Counted from the stretch's first letter, positions 8,318 to 17,372 are shown. The stretch is DNA of 64,000 nt from Desulfatiglandales bacterium (GCA_963666345.1 OY762721.1:3680001-3744000); one strand, 5' to 3'. Notes: generated by a model not told the origin, from the letters alone. Program-made: numbers and translations.

Positions 8318-9199
8318 ATGAAAACTTCAGAATCCCTGCTCATAGGAGCATTCGATATCCACATACATGCGGGACCCGACATAGTTCCCAGGAAAATGGA
8401 TGCTGTCGATCTGGTCTCAGAGGCCAGGGATGTCGGAATGGCCGGAATTCTCATAAAAGATCATGTTAAACCTACTTCTGATCGGGCATATATGTTGAGT
8501 CGTTTATTTCCGGACATTCAGGTCTTTGGAGCCCTTGCTCTCAACTATACGGTGGGTGGGATAAACCTCCATGCGGTACGTGCGGCCGTTCGTAGCGATG
8601 TCAAGCAAATCTACATGCCTACCTTCTCTGCTGCCCATGATATAAGGCAGGGGGGAGGTGTCAGGGAGTCATACAGAGATCTTGTCCCGCAAAATGAAGA
8701 TGTTGGAATTAAAATCGTGGATAATGAGGGAAACTTTATGAGAGCTTTGAATGAAATCCTGAAAACTGTTGCCGAAAGTGACACGATTCTGGGGACCGGT
8801 CATATTTCCCCTCATGAATCTTTAGGTTTAATAAAAAGAGCCAGGGCGCTTGGTGTCGATAAAATACTGGTAACTCACCCTATGAGTCACTCGGTTGACA
8901 TGCCTTTGAAAGACCAGAAAGAGGCTGTCTCAATGGGTGCAATCATAGAACACTGTTATTTTGCCTGCACACCGCTTGCGTGCAGCGAACCTTTAGAGGC
9001 TCTAAGAAAGATGGCTGCACAAATCCAAGCGGTTGGACCTGGAAATTGTATTATGTCCACCGATTTGGGCCAATCCCAAAACATTTCTCCTGTTGAGGGC
9101 ATGAAGGAATTCATTGAGAAAATGCTCTCTTGCGGTATCTCAGAAGAACAAATTGATATAATGATAAGGAAAAATCCGAAAAAGATCCTTGGGCTGTAA
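8318..9199 (+). CDS. Amidohydrolase-superfamily protein (DUF6282-like)
   Basis: Motifs DIHIHAGPD, IKDH, TGH, THP and STDLGQ. Confidence 0.8.
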   Translation: MKTSESLLIGAFDIHIHAGPDIVPRKMDAVDLVSEARDVGMAGILIKDHVKPTSDRAYMLSRLFPDIQVFGALALNYTVGGINLHAVRAAVRSDVKQIYMPTFSAAHDIRQGGGVRESYRDLVPQNEDVGIKIVDNEGNFMRALNEILKTVAESDTILGTGHISPHESLGLIKRARALGVDKILVTHPMSHSVDMPLKDQKEAVSMGAIIEHCYFACTPLACSEPLEALRKMAAQIQAVGPGNCIMSTDLGQSQNISPVEGMKEFIEKMLSCGISEEQIDIMIRKNPKKILGL

Positions 9200-9299
9200 A
9201 CGTCATTGAACGGGTTATTCCCTTAAAAGTCTTTATTGAAACGACAGACATACCCGGCGAATTAACCAATTGACAAATAATCAGGGGAGATATCAGCAA

Positions 9300-10262
9300 A
9301 TGTATGAACTCGAATTAATAGAATCGGCAGAAAAACTGGTAAGGGAAGTAATAAGGGTAAAAAAGGAAGACAGCGTGCTTGTGGTTACTGACGCTGATAA
9401 ATTGAACGTTGCCAAGGCGCTTTCGCTCTCCTGCCGGGGACTTGGCTCTGAAACAGTCATCACAATTGTTCCCTTAACAGGTGAACACGGCCAGGAACCT
9501 CCGGCAACAGTTGCAGCAGCTATGAAGGCTGCCGATGTGGTATTTGCTCCTACAACCCATGCCCTTACACATACCCGGGCGAGACTGGATGCCTTTAAAG
9601 CCGGGGCCCGCGTAATAATACTGAGAGGCGTGACCGAAGACATGATGGTAAGAGGGGCGATGACCGTAGATTTTAATGAACTTAAGGAAAGGACCGGGAC
9701 CATTTCAGAAAAACTTGGTAAGGCGAACAATATTTCAGTGACTTCCCATGAGGGTACAAATGTCACTTTCAGTATTGCAGGCCGTAATGCCTTTTCGCTT
9801 GACGGTTTTTTTCATGAAGAATACGGATTTGCCACACTGCCGCCGGGAGAGGCGCCGACCTGTCCGGTGGAAGGAACAATGGAAGGGACATTGGTTTTTG
9901 ATTATTCCATGGATGGCATCGGAAAACTGAGCCAGCCCCTTAGGCTTGAAATCAGACAGGGTGAAGTCGTTTCTGTTTCAGGCGGAATAGAAGAGGTAAG
10001 CTTTCTTGAGCAGATATTTGAAAAAGACCCGACAGCGCGAAATATAGCTGAATTTGCCGTCGGAACAAATCCCAACGCGCGACTTATCGGGAATCTTGCG
10101 GAAGACAAAAAACTGGCCGGTACGGTCCACTTTGCCGTAGGGGACAATAAGTCTCTTGGGGGAGTTGTTGAAAGCAGTGTGCATCTCGACGGACTGATGC
10201 TAAAGCCGACCGTTATTGCAGATTATGCCACCCTGGTCAGCGAAGGCAAGTTGGTTTTATAA
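9300..10262 (+). CDS. Peptidase M29 / leucyl aminopeptidase-like protein
   Basis: Motifs EPP, LPPGEA, IAEFAVGTN, EDKK, VHFAVGDN and HLD. Confidence 0.8.
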   Translation: MYELELIESAEKLVREVIRVKKEDSVLVVTDADKLNVAKALSLSCRGLGSETVITIVPLTGEHGQEPPATVAAAMKAADVVFAPTTHALTHTRARLDAFKAGARVIILRGVTEDMMVRGAMTVDFNELKERTGTISEKLGKANNISVTSHEGTNVTFSIAGRNAFSLDGFFHEEYGFATLPPGEAPTCPVEGTMEGTLVFDYSMDGIGKLSQPLRLEIRQGEVVSVSGGIEEVSFLEQIFEKDPTARNIAEFAVGTNPNARLIGNLAEDKKLAGTVHFAVGDNKSLGGVVESSVHLDGLMLKPTVIADYATLVSEGKLVL

Positions 10263-10481
10263 ATACAGGGTCTTGAGTGGAGCAGATGATTAAAAGCGGT
10301 ATAAGTCCTAGTCATAACTATTAAAAACAAGTACTCAAAACGCTCCAAAATTTCAGGGAAAAAACCTAGTGAAATTTTAAGATATTTTTCCATTGATCTG
10401 AATGCCTCTGGAGTTGCCCGACTCCAAGTCTCTGCAAAATCTTATAATAGTCGTTAGCTAGGCTAGAATATCCTTTTCCGC

Positions 10482-10509
10482 TTGACATGCCGCCTTTTTC
10501 TTCTATCGT
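10482..10509 (+). promoter_or_regulatory. Sigma-70-like promoter upstream of the MgtC gene
   Basis: TTGACA-N16-TATCGT. Confidence 0.5.
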
Positions 10510-10636
10510 ATTAGCCGTCTTTTCATAAGGTTATTGGGGAAATGGGGACCTGAGGTAATTCCTTGCGTCTGCTTCGGCAGCATACAGGCGGGGCGACCGC
10601 TTACACAAACAGATGTCATTTTTCAGGAGATTTCCA

Positions 10637-11332
10637 ATGTCAGTATTTTTTACCGATTACAGCGAGTTTCTGATCAGGATACTTATAGCATCGTTGCTGG
10701 GCGGATTGATCGGTCTGGAAAGAGATATTCACGGACGCGCGGCCGGTCTCAGGACTCATCTGCTGGTCAGCCTGGGAGCGGCGGTTTTTACGATCCTGTC
10801 CGGGGTCATTGCCGGCAGTGTCGGACCATCGGGGTTTCAAGGCGACCCGGGTCGGATCGCGGCTCAGGTCGTGACAGGCATCGGGTTTTTGGGAGCCGGT
10901 GTGATTATAAAGGAAGGCATCAATGTCCGCGGTTTGACGACCGCCGCGTGCCTGTGGACAGTGGCTGCAATCGGAATGGCGGCCGGAAGCGGTTGTTACC
11001 TGCTTGCCGTTTCTACTACCGGTATTGCCTTAATCGGCCTTGTAATCATTAAATATTTCGAGAGCTTGTACTCCAAGGATTCTTACAGAATCTTGTGTAT
11101 CAGCACTCCGATCGAAGTTAATACCTCCCGGATAATAGATATCGTCAAGAGCAGCAGGTTAAGGGTCCTTACCTGTGACATAGAGAAAAACTATGAAACC
11201 GGCATTTCCCTTACGAGATTGTACATCCGGCTCTTTCACCGCGGCATTACAGACAAGCTTGCTCACGGCGTTATCAGTTCGCTTGAGAGTTCTTCCCTCA
11301 AGCTTAAAGAGGTTAAATGGGAGCACGCATAG
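10637..11332 (+). CDS. MgtC/SapB family protein
   Basis: GLERDIHGRAAGLRTH, DPGRIAAQVVTGIGFLGAG and GLTTAA; RBS AGGAG. Confidence 0.93.
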   Translation: MSVFFTDYSEFLIRILIASLLGGLIGLERDIHGRAAGLRTHLLVSLGAAVFTILSGVIAGSVGPSGFQGDPGRIAAQVVTGIGFLGAGVIIKEGINVRGLTTAACLWTVAAIGMAAGSGCYLLAVSTTGIALIGLVIIKYFESLYSKDSYRILCISTPIEVNTSRIIDIVKSSRLRVLTCDIEKNYETGISLTRLYIRLFHRGITDKLAHGVISSLESSSLKLKEVKWEHA

Positions 11333-11363
11333 AAGCAGGCCTGCTACGGCTCCGATATATTTA

Positions 11364-11452
11364 TGCACATAAAAATGTGCACGGATAATTTTATGCACAT
11401 GTTTTTGTGCATCCTTGTTTCACAATGCACATGTTTATGTGCATTCAATAAA
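11364..11452. repeat. Three TGCACA-N6-TGTGCA palindromes spaced 30 and 32 bp
   Basis: Sites at 11364-11381, 11394-11411 and 11426-11443. Confidence 0.85.
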
Positions 11453-11948
11453 AAATTGCAATAAATCGGCTAAAAACATGTTTTCTTCTTGACATAACCT
11501 GTCATTCCACTAACCTACCTTTCGTACCATTGCTTCAAACAGCCTTTTTATTAAAAAAGGGCCCTGACCATGACGCTTCACCTGAAATTTTGCCTATCCC
11601 CCTCCTGACGGAAGATTTCTTTTCTGCCGGGGGGTGCTTGAAAGAATCAAATATATTTTTAGAAGCTTATTTTTCGGCTCACTCGAAAAGCGGCAGGCTT
11701 TTGACTGGTAGAGTTTCAGACTGTTTGTTGAGGGTGCTTCTTTTGATTCATCTGGAGCATTTGAAGCATGCGCTAGGGAGTAAAGAGCCCCTTGGACGAG
11801 TTGTGAAGGTGAAACAATGGTCTCTTATATATAAACCATATATCACTCCTCGCTAAGGGTTGAAAACTGCTTAATTGCTTGTAATGATAAGGTTTATGCC
11901 AGTTCAGAGAAGGGATATTATGACGCGATTTTGCAGCATATAGGGTTA

Positions 11949-12096
11949 GGGGTCGAGCCGCGGTAACGTAATGAAATAACTTGGAAAGAATACTAAAAAG
12001 GGTCAAGAATATTGAAAAGGGCGGTATATGACTCAATAACAGGTATTTTTGGAATGATTCTTATCCACGATCAATAGATTGTTGAGGTCCAACCGC
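11949..12096 (+). mobile_element. Non-autonomous (MITE-like) derivative of the RAYT element
   Basis: Left end ggggtcgagccgcggtaac..aaataac and right end tatttttggaatgat...ggtccaaccgc resemble the two ends of the 12754-13703 element. Confidence 0.65.
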
Positions 12097-12125
12097 AAGA
12101 CAAACGTAGGGTCGAGGTCGAGACT

Positions 12126-12455
12126 ATGCTGATTAACGTGGAATTCTTACAGAATGAGTTAGTGAAGCCCTTCTTTGAAGTCAAAATGGTCTTCAATGAG
12201 AATGGTGCCATATTCTTCTCTGTGGACAAACATCACAGAGACATGAAAGGTCCGGGTATCTCTTACGAAGACGATTACAAGGGCAATGCCCTGGCTGCAA
12301 TGCTGGCTTTTGGGAAAGTTGAAATACGGTTTCATGGATCGTTCTCTGATGTCCGCGTCGCCTCCATTGTTTCATCCCTCATTAAAAATGAAGGTCTTAT
12401 CTTTCTCGATGGCTGGCAGGTAACCTATCAAGGCAGGGTTCTTAAAATCGAATAA
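12126..12455 (+). CDS. Hypothetical protein (109 aa, possibly 5'-truncated)
   Basis: ORF with protein-like composition; no recognised motif. Confidence 0.55.
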   Translation: MLINVEFLQNELVKPFFEVKMVFNENGAIFFSVDKHHRDMKGPGISYEDDYKGNALAAMLAFGKVEIRFHGSFSDVRVASIVSSLIKNEGLIFLDGWQVTYQGRVLKIE

Positions 12456-12502
12456 CTGTGGATTGTACATATAGACATTCTGCCGAAGGTAATGAGCCGA
12501 AG

Positions 12503-12746
12503 CTACCGTGGTGAAGGTCTCCTCAGGGAGAAACGGGAAACCATCGGATCAAAATCGCGATCATCATGGAGCAGGGGCAATCCTTCCATGATGCAGAAGG
12601 TTCCGATAATTACATCAATTGGTTTTCGAACCGTAACCGCGGATTTTCGGAGTGCCCGGTAATTTTGGGCACTTTGAATAGCGATATTATATCCACCGAT
12701 CTGGCGAAACGGGAGAGCGCTGAGCAAGCCCCTGGCAGTTTTATAA
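12503..12746 (-). pseudogene. C-terminal half of a VapC/PIN toxin, truncated at the RAYT end
   Basis: YKTARGLLSALPF...NYRALRK..VRKPIDVIIGTFCI..LLHDDRDFD; no N-terminus. Confidence 0.8.
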
Positions 12747-12753
12747 TGGGTCT

Positions 12754-13703
12754 GGGGTCGGACCGAGATAACTAGCTAAAATAACATCTAAAAGCTTGGA
12801 AATTAAGTGTTTTTCAATGCTCAAACCATCAATTTTGATGCCAAAATTGGCTGATTAAGCAAATGGTAATAATATGCCAAGGGCAAATCGTCATTATATA
12901 CCTGGATATGTATGGCATATAACCCATAGGTGCCACAAGAAAGAGTTTCTCCTTAAGTTTGCCCGGGACCGTCGGCGTTGGATAGAGTGGCTCTTCGAAG
13001 CGAAAAAGAGATATGGTTTAAGCATTCTCAACTACATGGTTACATCAAACCATATTCATTTGTTGGTCTCAGACAGTGGTAAAAGGGACACAATACCTAA
13101 ATCAATTCAACTGATAGCCGGTAGAACAGGTCAGGAATATAATCACAGGAAGGGAAGGAAGGGTGCCTTTTGGGAAGACCGTTATCATGCCACTGCAGTT
13201 GCGTTGGATGAACATCTGTTCAAATGCATGGTATACATTGATATGAATATGGTAAGGGCTGGAGTTGTAAATCATCCTTCAGAGTGGCCATTTTGCGGCT
13301 ATAATGAAATACAGAAACCGAGGCAAAGATATTCTTTGATCGACTACGGGAGATTGATCCCCTTGCTTCAAATGAGAAGCATGGAAGCCCTTCAGGGGGT
13401 TTGCAGAAAGATGGTTGAGGAAAGGTCTACTGAAACAGATCGATCAACGGATTTAAGAGAAAGTAGGTGGACAGAGAGCATTGCTGTTGGAAACAAGAAG
13501 TTTATTGAGGGTACATTTAAAAGGCTTGGTGTTAAGGCAAAGGGGCGGAAGATTGTCGGTAGTGAAAGGAGTTCCGAGATAAGAGACCCGGCGATTCCTT
13601 ATATTGCTAATTTTGACCCTGAAATTAGCCTTTTAAGGTCTGAAAATACTTATTTTTGGAACGATAGTGCATAAAAATCAGTATATTGGCTTGGTCCGAC
13701 CCG
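12754..13703 (+). mobile_element. RAYT-type element bounded by a perfect 10-bp inverted repeat
   Basis: GGGTCGGACC at 12755-12764 and GGTCCGACCC at 13693-13702. Confidence 0.75.
12874..13674 (+). CDS. REP-associated tyrosine transposase (HUH/Y1)
   Basis: MPRANR start, HITHR, NHIHLL (HUH), WEDRY, YIDMNMVRAG and WPFC. Confidence 0.9.
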   Translation: MPRANRHYIPGYVWHITHRCHKKEFLLKFARDRRRWIEWLFEAKKRYGLSILNYMVTSNHIHLLVSDSGKRDTIPKSIQLIAGRTGQEYNHRKGRKGAFWEDRYHATAVALDEHLFKCMVYIDMNMVRAGVVNHPSEWPFCGYNEIQKPRQRYSLIDYGRLIPLLQMRSMEALQGVCRKMVEERSTETDRSTDLRESRWTESIAVGNKKFIEGTFKRLGVKAKGRKIVGSERSSEIRDPAIPYIANFDPEISLLRSENTYFWNDSA

Positions 13704-13710
13704 AATTCTT

Positions 13711-13791
13711 ACGGAATAAGGTGTCGCAATGGTTCGGAACAGGGTGTCGGAATCAATCGGAATGGGGTGCCGGAATCGCTCGGAATACTCA
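13711..13791. mobile_element. Orphan IS21-family terminal fragment
   Basis: Roughly 22-bp tandem units (GGTGTCGGAAT..TCGGAAT) ending in ...GGAATACTCA, like IS21 ends. Confidence 0.7.
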
Positions 13792-13953
13792 GCCGTGGCA
13801 TAATCATAATAATAACAAGATAAATTGATTACATGTGAGATGTGCAATAGGATTCTTAATGAATGGTGATCTAAAATGAATTGTGATACGTGGTAAAAGG
13901 GAGAATGAAAGAAATTGAATATCCATTAAGATTTAATCAAGGAGACTGTACTT

Positions 13954-14157
13954 ATGGAAAAGCCAAGCAAGTCAGCTTCAAACCTCAAAGAACTTATCAA
14001 TCATGCCATCCAAGACCTTGAAGTAACACTGGACGAGTATAATAAAATCATGGACTGTGCTCACGAGGATGGTCATATTGACAAAGAGGAAAAGGCCTTG
14101 CTATCTCAATTTCAGCAAATGTTAAGTAATGGGACAATCAAGCGGGTAAAGGGCTGA
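13954..14157 (+). CDS. Small hypothetical protein (67 aa)
   Basis: RBS AAGGAG; contains AHEDGHIDKEE. Confidence 0.75.
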   Translation: MEKPSKSASNLKELINHAIQDLEVTLDEYNKIMDCAHEDGHIDKEEKALLSQFQQMLSNGTIKRVKG

Positions 14158-14219
14158 CAAAGTTAAACATGTTCTAAGATAAAGACTAACCTTCTGTTCT
14201 CTAATAGAGAATGCCGTCT

Positions 14220-14253
14220 CCATACAGCCGTGCCTCCGGTTACGGCTGTATGG
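14220..14253. terminator. Hairpin with 12-bp stem downstream of the small ORF
   Basis: ccatacagccgt-N10-acggctgtatgg. Confidence 0.4.
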
Positions 14254-14355
14254 CAAAAGAGATCCTTGCAATGAGTGTAGGGGCAGGATTAAGTCTCCAA
14301 AAAATTCAAAAAACTGGAACATGAAAATAGTCAGCATTTCTATAGGTCTTAGATT

Positions 14356-14407
14356 GGGGACGGGCCACGGTAACATAATGAAATAACTTAGTAAGAAGTC
14401 TGAAAAG
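14356..14407 (+). repeat. Third copy of the RAYT-type left end
   Basis: ggggacgggccacggtaacataatgaaataactt closely resembles 11949-11982. Confidence 0.65.
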
Positions 14408-15150
14408 CGGCAGAAATAAGGGCTATATCGCCATTTTTGATTGCGAAAAGGGCACTATAGGTTTTTGTTGATGGATATGAGGCAGGCAGCCTTGCCGAAC
14501 CAAAGGTCCGGCAAGTCATAAATTCTGAATTACCTTATAAAATTAGTTAATGTTTTTGCAACCGGCTCAGGGGCGGGAAACTGCTTTTTCCCGTGCTCGA
14601 TAATTTTCATGATCCATGCCATGTTTCTGCCTAAAACCTCCATGATCTGTCTGCCTTCACCATCCTGCTCCATTTCACCCGGCTTTAGCCCGTGGGCCAC
14701 ATTCCAGTAGTTTGAAGAGGGCATGATCATCTCGGAGTAGTTGATATAATGATTAAGTGTGTCAACAGTGGGAATTCCTCCGGATCGCCTGACAGCAGCA
14801 ACAGCGGCGCCGACTTTGTGCCGGAACAGCCCACCGTTGGCTGAAGAAACAAAAAAGGCTCTGTCAAGAAAAGACTTCATTGTTCCAGCAACACCGGAAA
14901 AGTGGACCGGAGAGCCGAGCAGAATGCCGTCGGCTTCTTTTATCTTCTGAATCCATTCATTAACCGGATCGTCCGTAAAGGTACAGGCTTCATCCTGATT
15001 CTTAAGACAGCCGTGACAGGCAATGCATCCCCGGACCTTTTCTTTGCCGACATGGATCATCTCAGTCTCAATACCGGCCTTTTCCAATTCAGCGAAAACC
15101 ATGTTCAAAGAACAGGCTGTATTCCCTTTTTTCCTGGGGCTCCCGTTAAA

Positions 15151-15760
15151 TAACCCCTTAATCCACCAGTTTTACTGGTGGGTCCCAGCTATGCTAAGCG
15201 GGTAGCGTGGTGGTGACAAAAAAAGAATACCTCCATAATATCGGGGTAGGTGACCCTGAAGATAAAAGGAGGTATTCAATGAATGATTTTAGAAAATTAG
15301 CACATGCGATCTGGGATTGCAAATACCACATAGTTTGGTGCCCGAAATATCGATTCAGGATTCTGAAAGGTGCAGTAAGAAAATCAGTCTGTGAAATTAT
15401 AAAGCAGCTGTGCGAATGGAAGAAGCTTGAAATTCTGGAAATGAATGTCCAGAAAGACCATGTGCATCTTGTGATATCAATACCACCGAAGTTATCGGTT
15501 TCGGAAGTAACAGGTTTTTTGAAAGGCAAATGCGCCATAAAGATCTTTGATAGGCATCTGGAGTTGAAAAGGCGGTACTGGGGAAGGCATTTTTGGGCGA
15601 AGGGATACTGTGTCAGTACCATAGGACTGGATGAGGAGAAGATCAGAAAGTATGTCAAATGGCAGTTGGAAAAAGATAAGCGCATGTAATTGCCTAGTAT
15701 AAGGATGTAAATGTTACCCTTTTAGGGTCACCTTTTAGTCCACCCCTTTTAGGGGTGGTT
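15151..15760 (+). mobile_element. IS200/IS605-family element (tnpA only)
   Basis: Subterminal hairpins ccaccagt-tt-actggtgg and ccacccct-tt-aggggtgg; RBS-occluding stem gaatacctcc/ggaggtattc. Confidence 0.9.
15279..15689 (+). CDS. tnpA: IS200/IS605 transposase TnpA
   Basis: YHIVWCPKYR, DHVHL, GFLKGK, FWAKGY and KYVKWQ. Confidence 0.95.
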   Translation: MNDFRKLAHAIWDCKYHIVWCPKYRFRILKGAVRKSVCEIIKQLCEWKKLEILEMNVQKDHVHLVISIPPKLSVSEVTGFLKGKCAIKIFDRHLELKRRYWGRHFWAKGYCVSTIGLDEEKIRKYVKWQLEKDKRM

Positions 15761-15990
15761 GTTAAATCCAACAACTTTCGTGTTTATACTCCTCTTTTCG
15801 TGATTATTTTCATGGGTCAATTAATAGGTCTGAAAAAGCTATTCTTTCAAGGATAATCAATTTTTTTTGGAAAACAAATTTTGACACTGCTTACATATAT
15901 TCAAAATAAAAATTTTCTGATATTTTATATAGATAAGTTACGAGATCAAGAAAGGCAGAATCGATTCTGGCGCCGATAAAGGAGTAAATC

Positions 15991-16830
15991 GTGTTGAATA
16001 GTAGCTTCTCACATATCCCTTCCGTGGGGAAAGTGACTGAAAGGAAAATATGGGGCAGTGGGGTAAGAACAATGGATGATTTTCTGAAATCCCCTCCAGA
16101 ATGTTTTCCATTGAAGAAACAAAAGAAAATCGTGCGCCATATTCATTTATCAAAAGAAAAAATACGAACCAAAGATGCACGCTATTTTTATGATAATTTG
16201 CCGTCAAAAGAGCATTGGCGACTTTTCAAGGAATATCAAGACGCAACCGCCTACATCGATATTGAAACAACGGGGCTGGGCGCAACGGAAGATATAATCA
16301 CAACGATTGCACTCTATGATGGAAGGAATATCAAATACTACATAAACGGGAAGAATTTAGATGATTTCAAAAAGGACATTAAAAAATACAAAGTGATAGT
16401 TACATACAATGGGAAAACATTCGATGTCCCATTTATCAGAAGCTTTTTTGGAATCAATATGCCCCATGCCCACCTTGATTTAAGATATATTCTGCATAGC
16501 CTTGGTTATTCAGGGGGGCTGAAATCATGTGAAAGGCAGTTTGGGATTGGAAGAACCGGCAGCCTTGCAGATGTTGACGGCTTTTTTGCTGTCTTATTGT
16601 GGGATGATTATAAGAGCAAAGGAAATAATAAATCACTGGAAACCCTTCTTTCATACAATATCGAGGATGTTTTAAATCTCGAATACCTGATGATAGAAGC
16701 ATACAACCGCAAGCTAAAAGATATTCCCTTTAAATTAGAGTGCCTTGGTAATAGAGCAAAACCTGAAAATCCATTTGAAATAAATGCTTCTATTGTTCAG
16801 CGAATAAAGAATCGATATTACCCATACTAA
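15991..16830 (+). CDS. RNase H-like (YprB/DEDD) exonuclease-domain protein
   Basis: YIDIETTG, TYNGKTFD, HLDL, GGLK and YNIEDV. Confidence 0.85.
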   Translation: MLNSSFSHIPSVGKVTERKIWGSGVRTMDDFLKSPPECFPLKKQKKIVRHIHLSKEKIRTKDARYFYDNLPSKEHWRLFKEYQDATAYIDIETTGLGATEDIITTIALYDGRNIKYYINGKNLDDFKKDIKKYKVIVTYNGKTFDVPFIRSFFGINMPHAHLDLRYILHSLGYSGGLKSCERQFGIGRTGSLADVDGFFAVLLWDDYKSKGNNKSLETLLSYNIEDVLNLEYLMIEAYNRKLKDIPFKLECLGNRAKPENPFEINASIVQRIKNRYYPY

Positions 16831-16883
16831 GTATTGGATAAAGGACATATGGCGGATTGTAGGAATAGGGAGAGGAGAAAAAA

Positions 16884-17216
16884 ATGAAAACCTTTGCCCA
16901 TAAGGCGTACGATCTTTTAAGGAAGGTGCCTGACGGACGCGTAACGATCTATAAAGAAATTGCCCATGCCATGGGAACCAGAGCATATCAGGTGCTCGGG
17001 CAGGCCATGTGAAAGAACCCCTATGCGCCCGAGGTTCCCTGACACCGGGTTGTTGCCACATCCGGTCGGATTGGGGGATTTCAAGGAAAGACATCGGGGA
17101 CTGCTATAGAGAATAAAAAAATGGAATACCGGCGAAAGGCATTATCAAAGCTTCCTCAATATGTGTCACATATGATTGCTCACGGAAATGCGGAAAGGCT
17201 GTGGAATTTGAAGTAA
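16884..17216 (+). pseudogene. MGMT (O6-methylguanine methyltransferase) family gene with two in-frame TGA codons and a foreign C-terminus
   Basis: VPDGRVTIYKEIA...GQAM*KNPYAPEVP*HRVV..GRIGGF; TGA at 17010 and 17040. Confidence 0.85.
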
Positions 17217-17372
17217 ATCGTTACAAAAGGGTCAACTCCGCCCCAGACGCCATGTATAATGGCTTCAAGCAGACTTTTTTTCTGGAAAAGGCGTAAAAAA
17301 AGCAGGAGAGGTAAATCAGGATCAGATTCATCAGAGTAACTCTTTAATATATAAATAATTTTAGAGGCATGC

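Larger units (their letters stand above)
14530..15781 (-). pseudogene. Flavodoxin-family iron-sulfur flavoprotein interrupted by IS200
   Basis: N-terminus (T)KVVGFN at 15781-15761 rejoins GSPRKKGNT at 15144; contains CIACHGC..C and GSPVHF. The start codon reads ACG. Confidence 0.88.

Noticed and set aside
6897..11452. TGCACA palindrome clusters as a CRISPR array or Xer dif sites
   Set aside because: Only 1-3 units per cluster, linkers of 4-14 bp that are not unique, no cas genes, and no 11-6-11 XerC/XerD geometry.
11530..11856. 108-aa ORF after the palindrome triplet
   Set aside because: TTG start without an RBS and no recognisable motif; a decayed gene cannot be excluded.
13711..13791. Tandem 22-bp repeats as a mini-CRISPR or iterons
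   Set aside because: No spacers; the terminal ...CA and repeat pattern fit an IS21 end.
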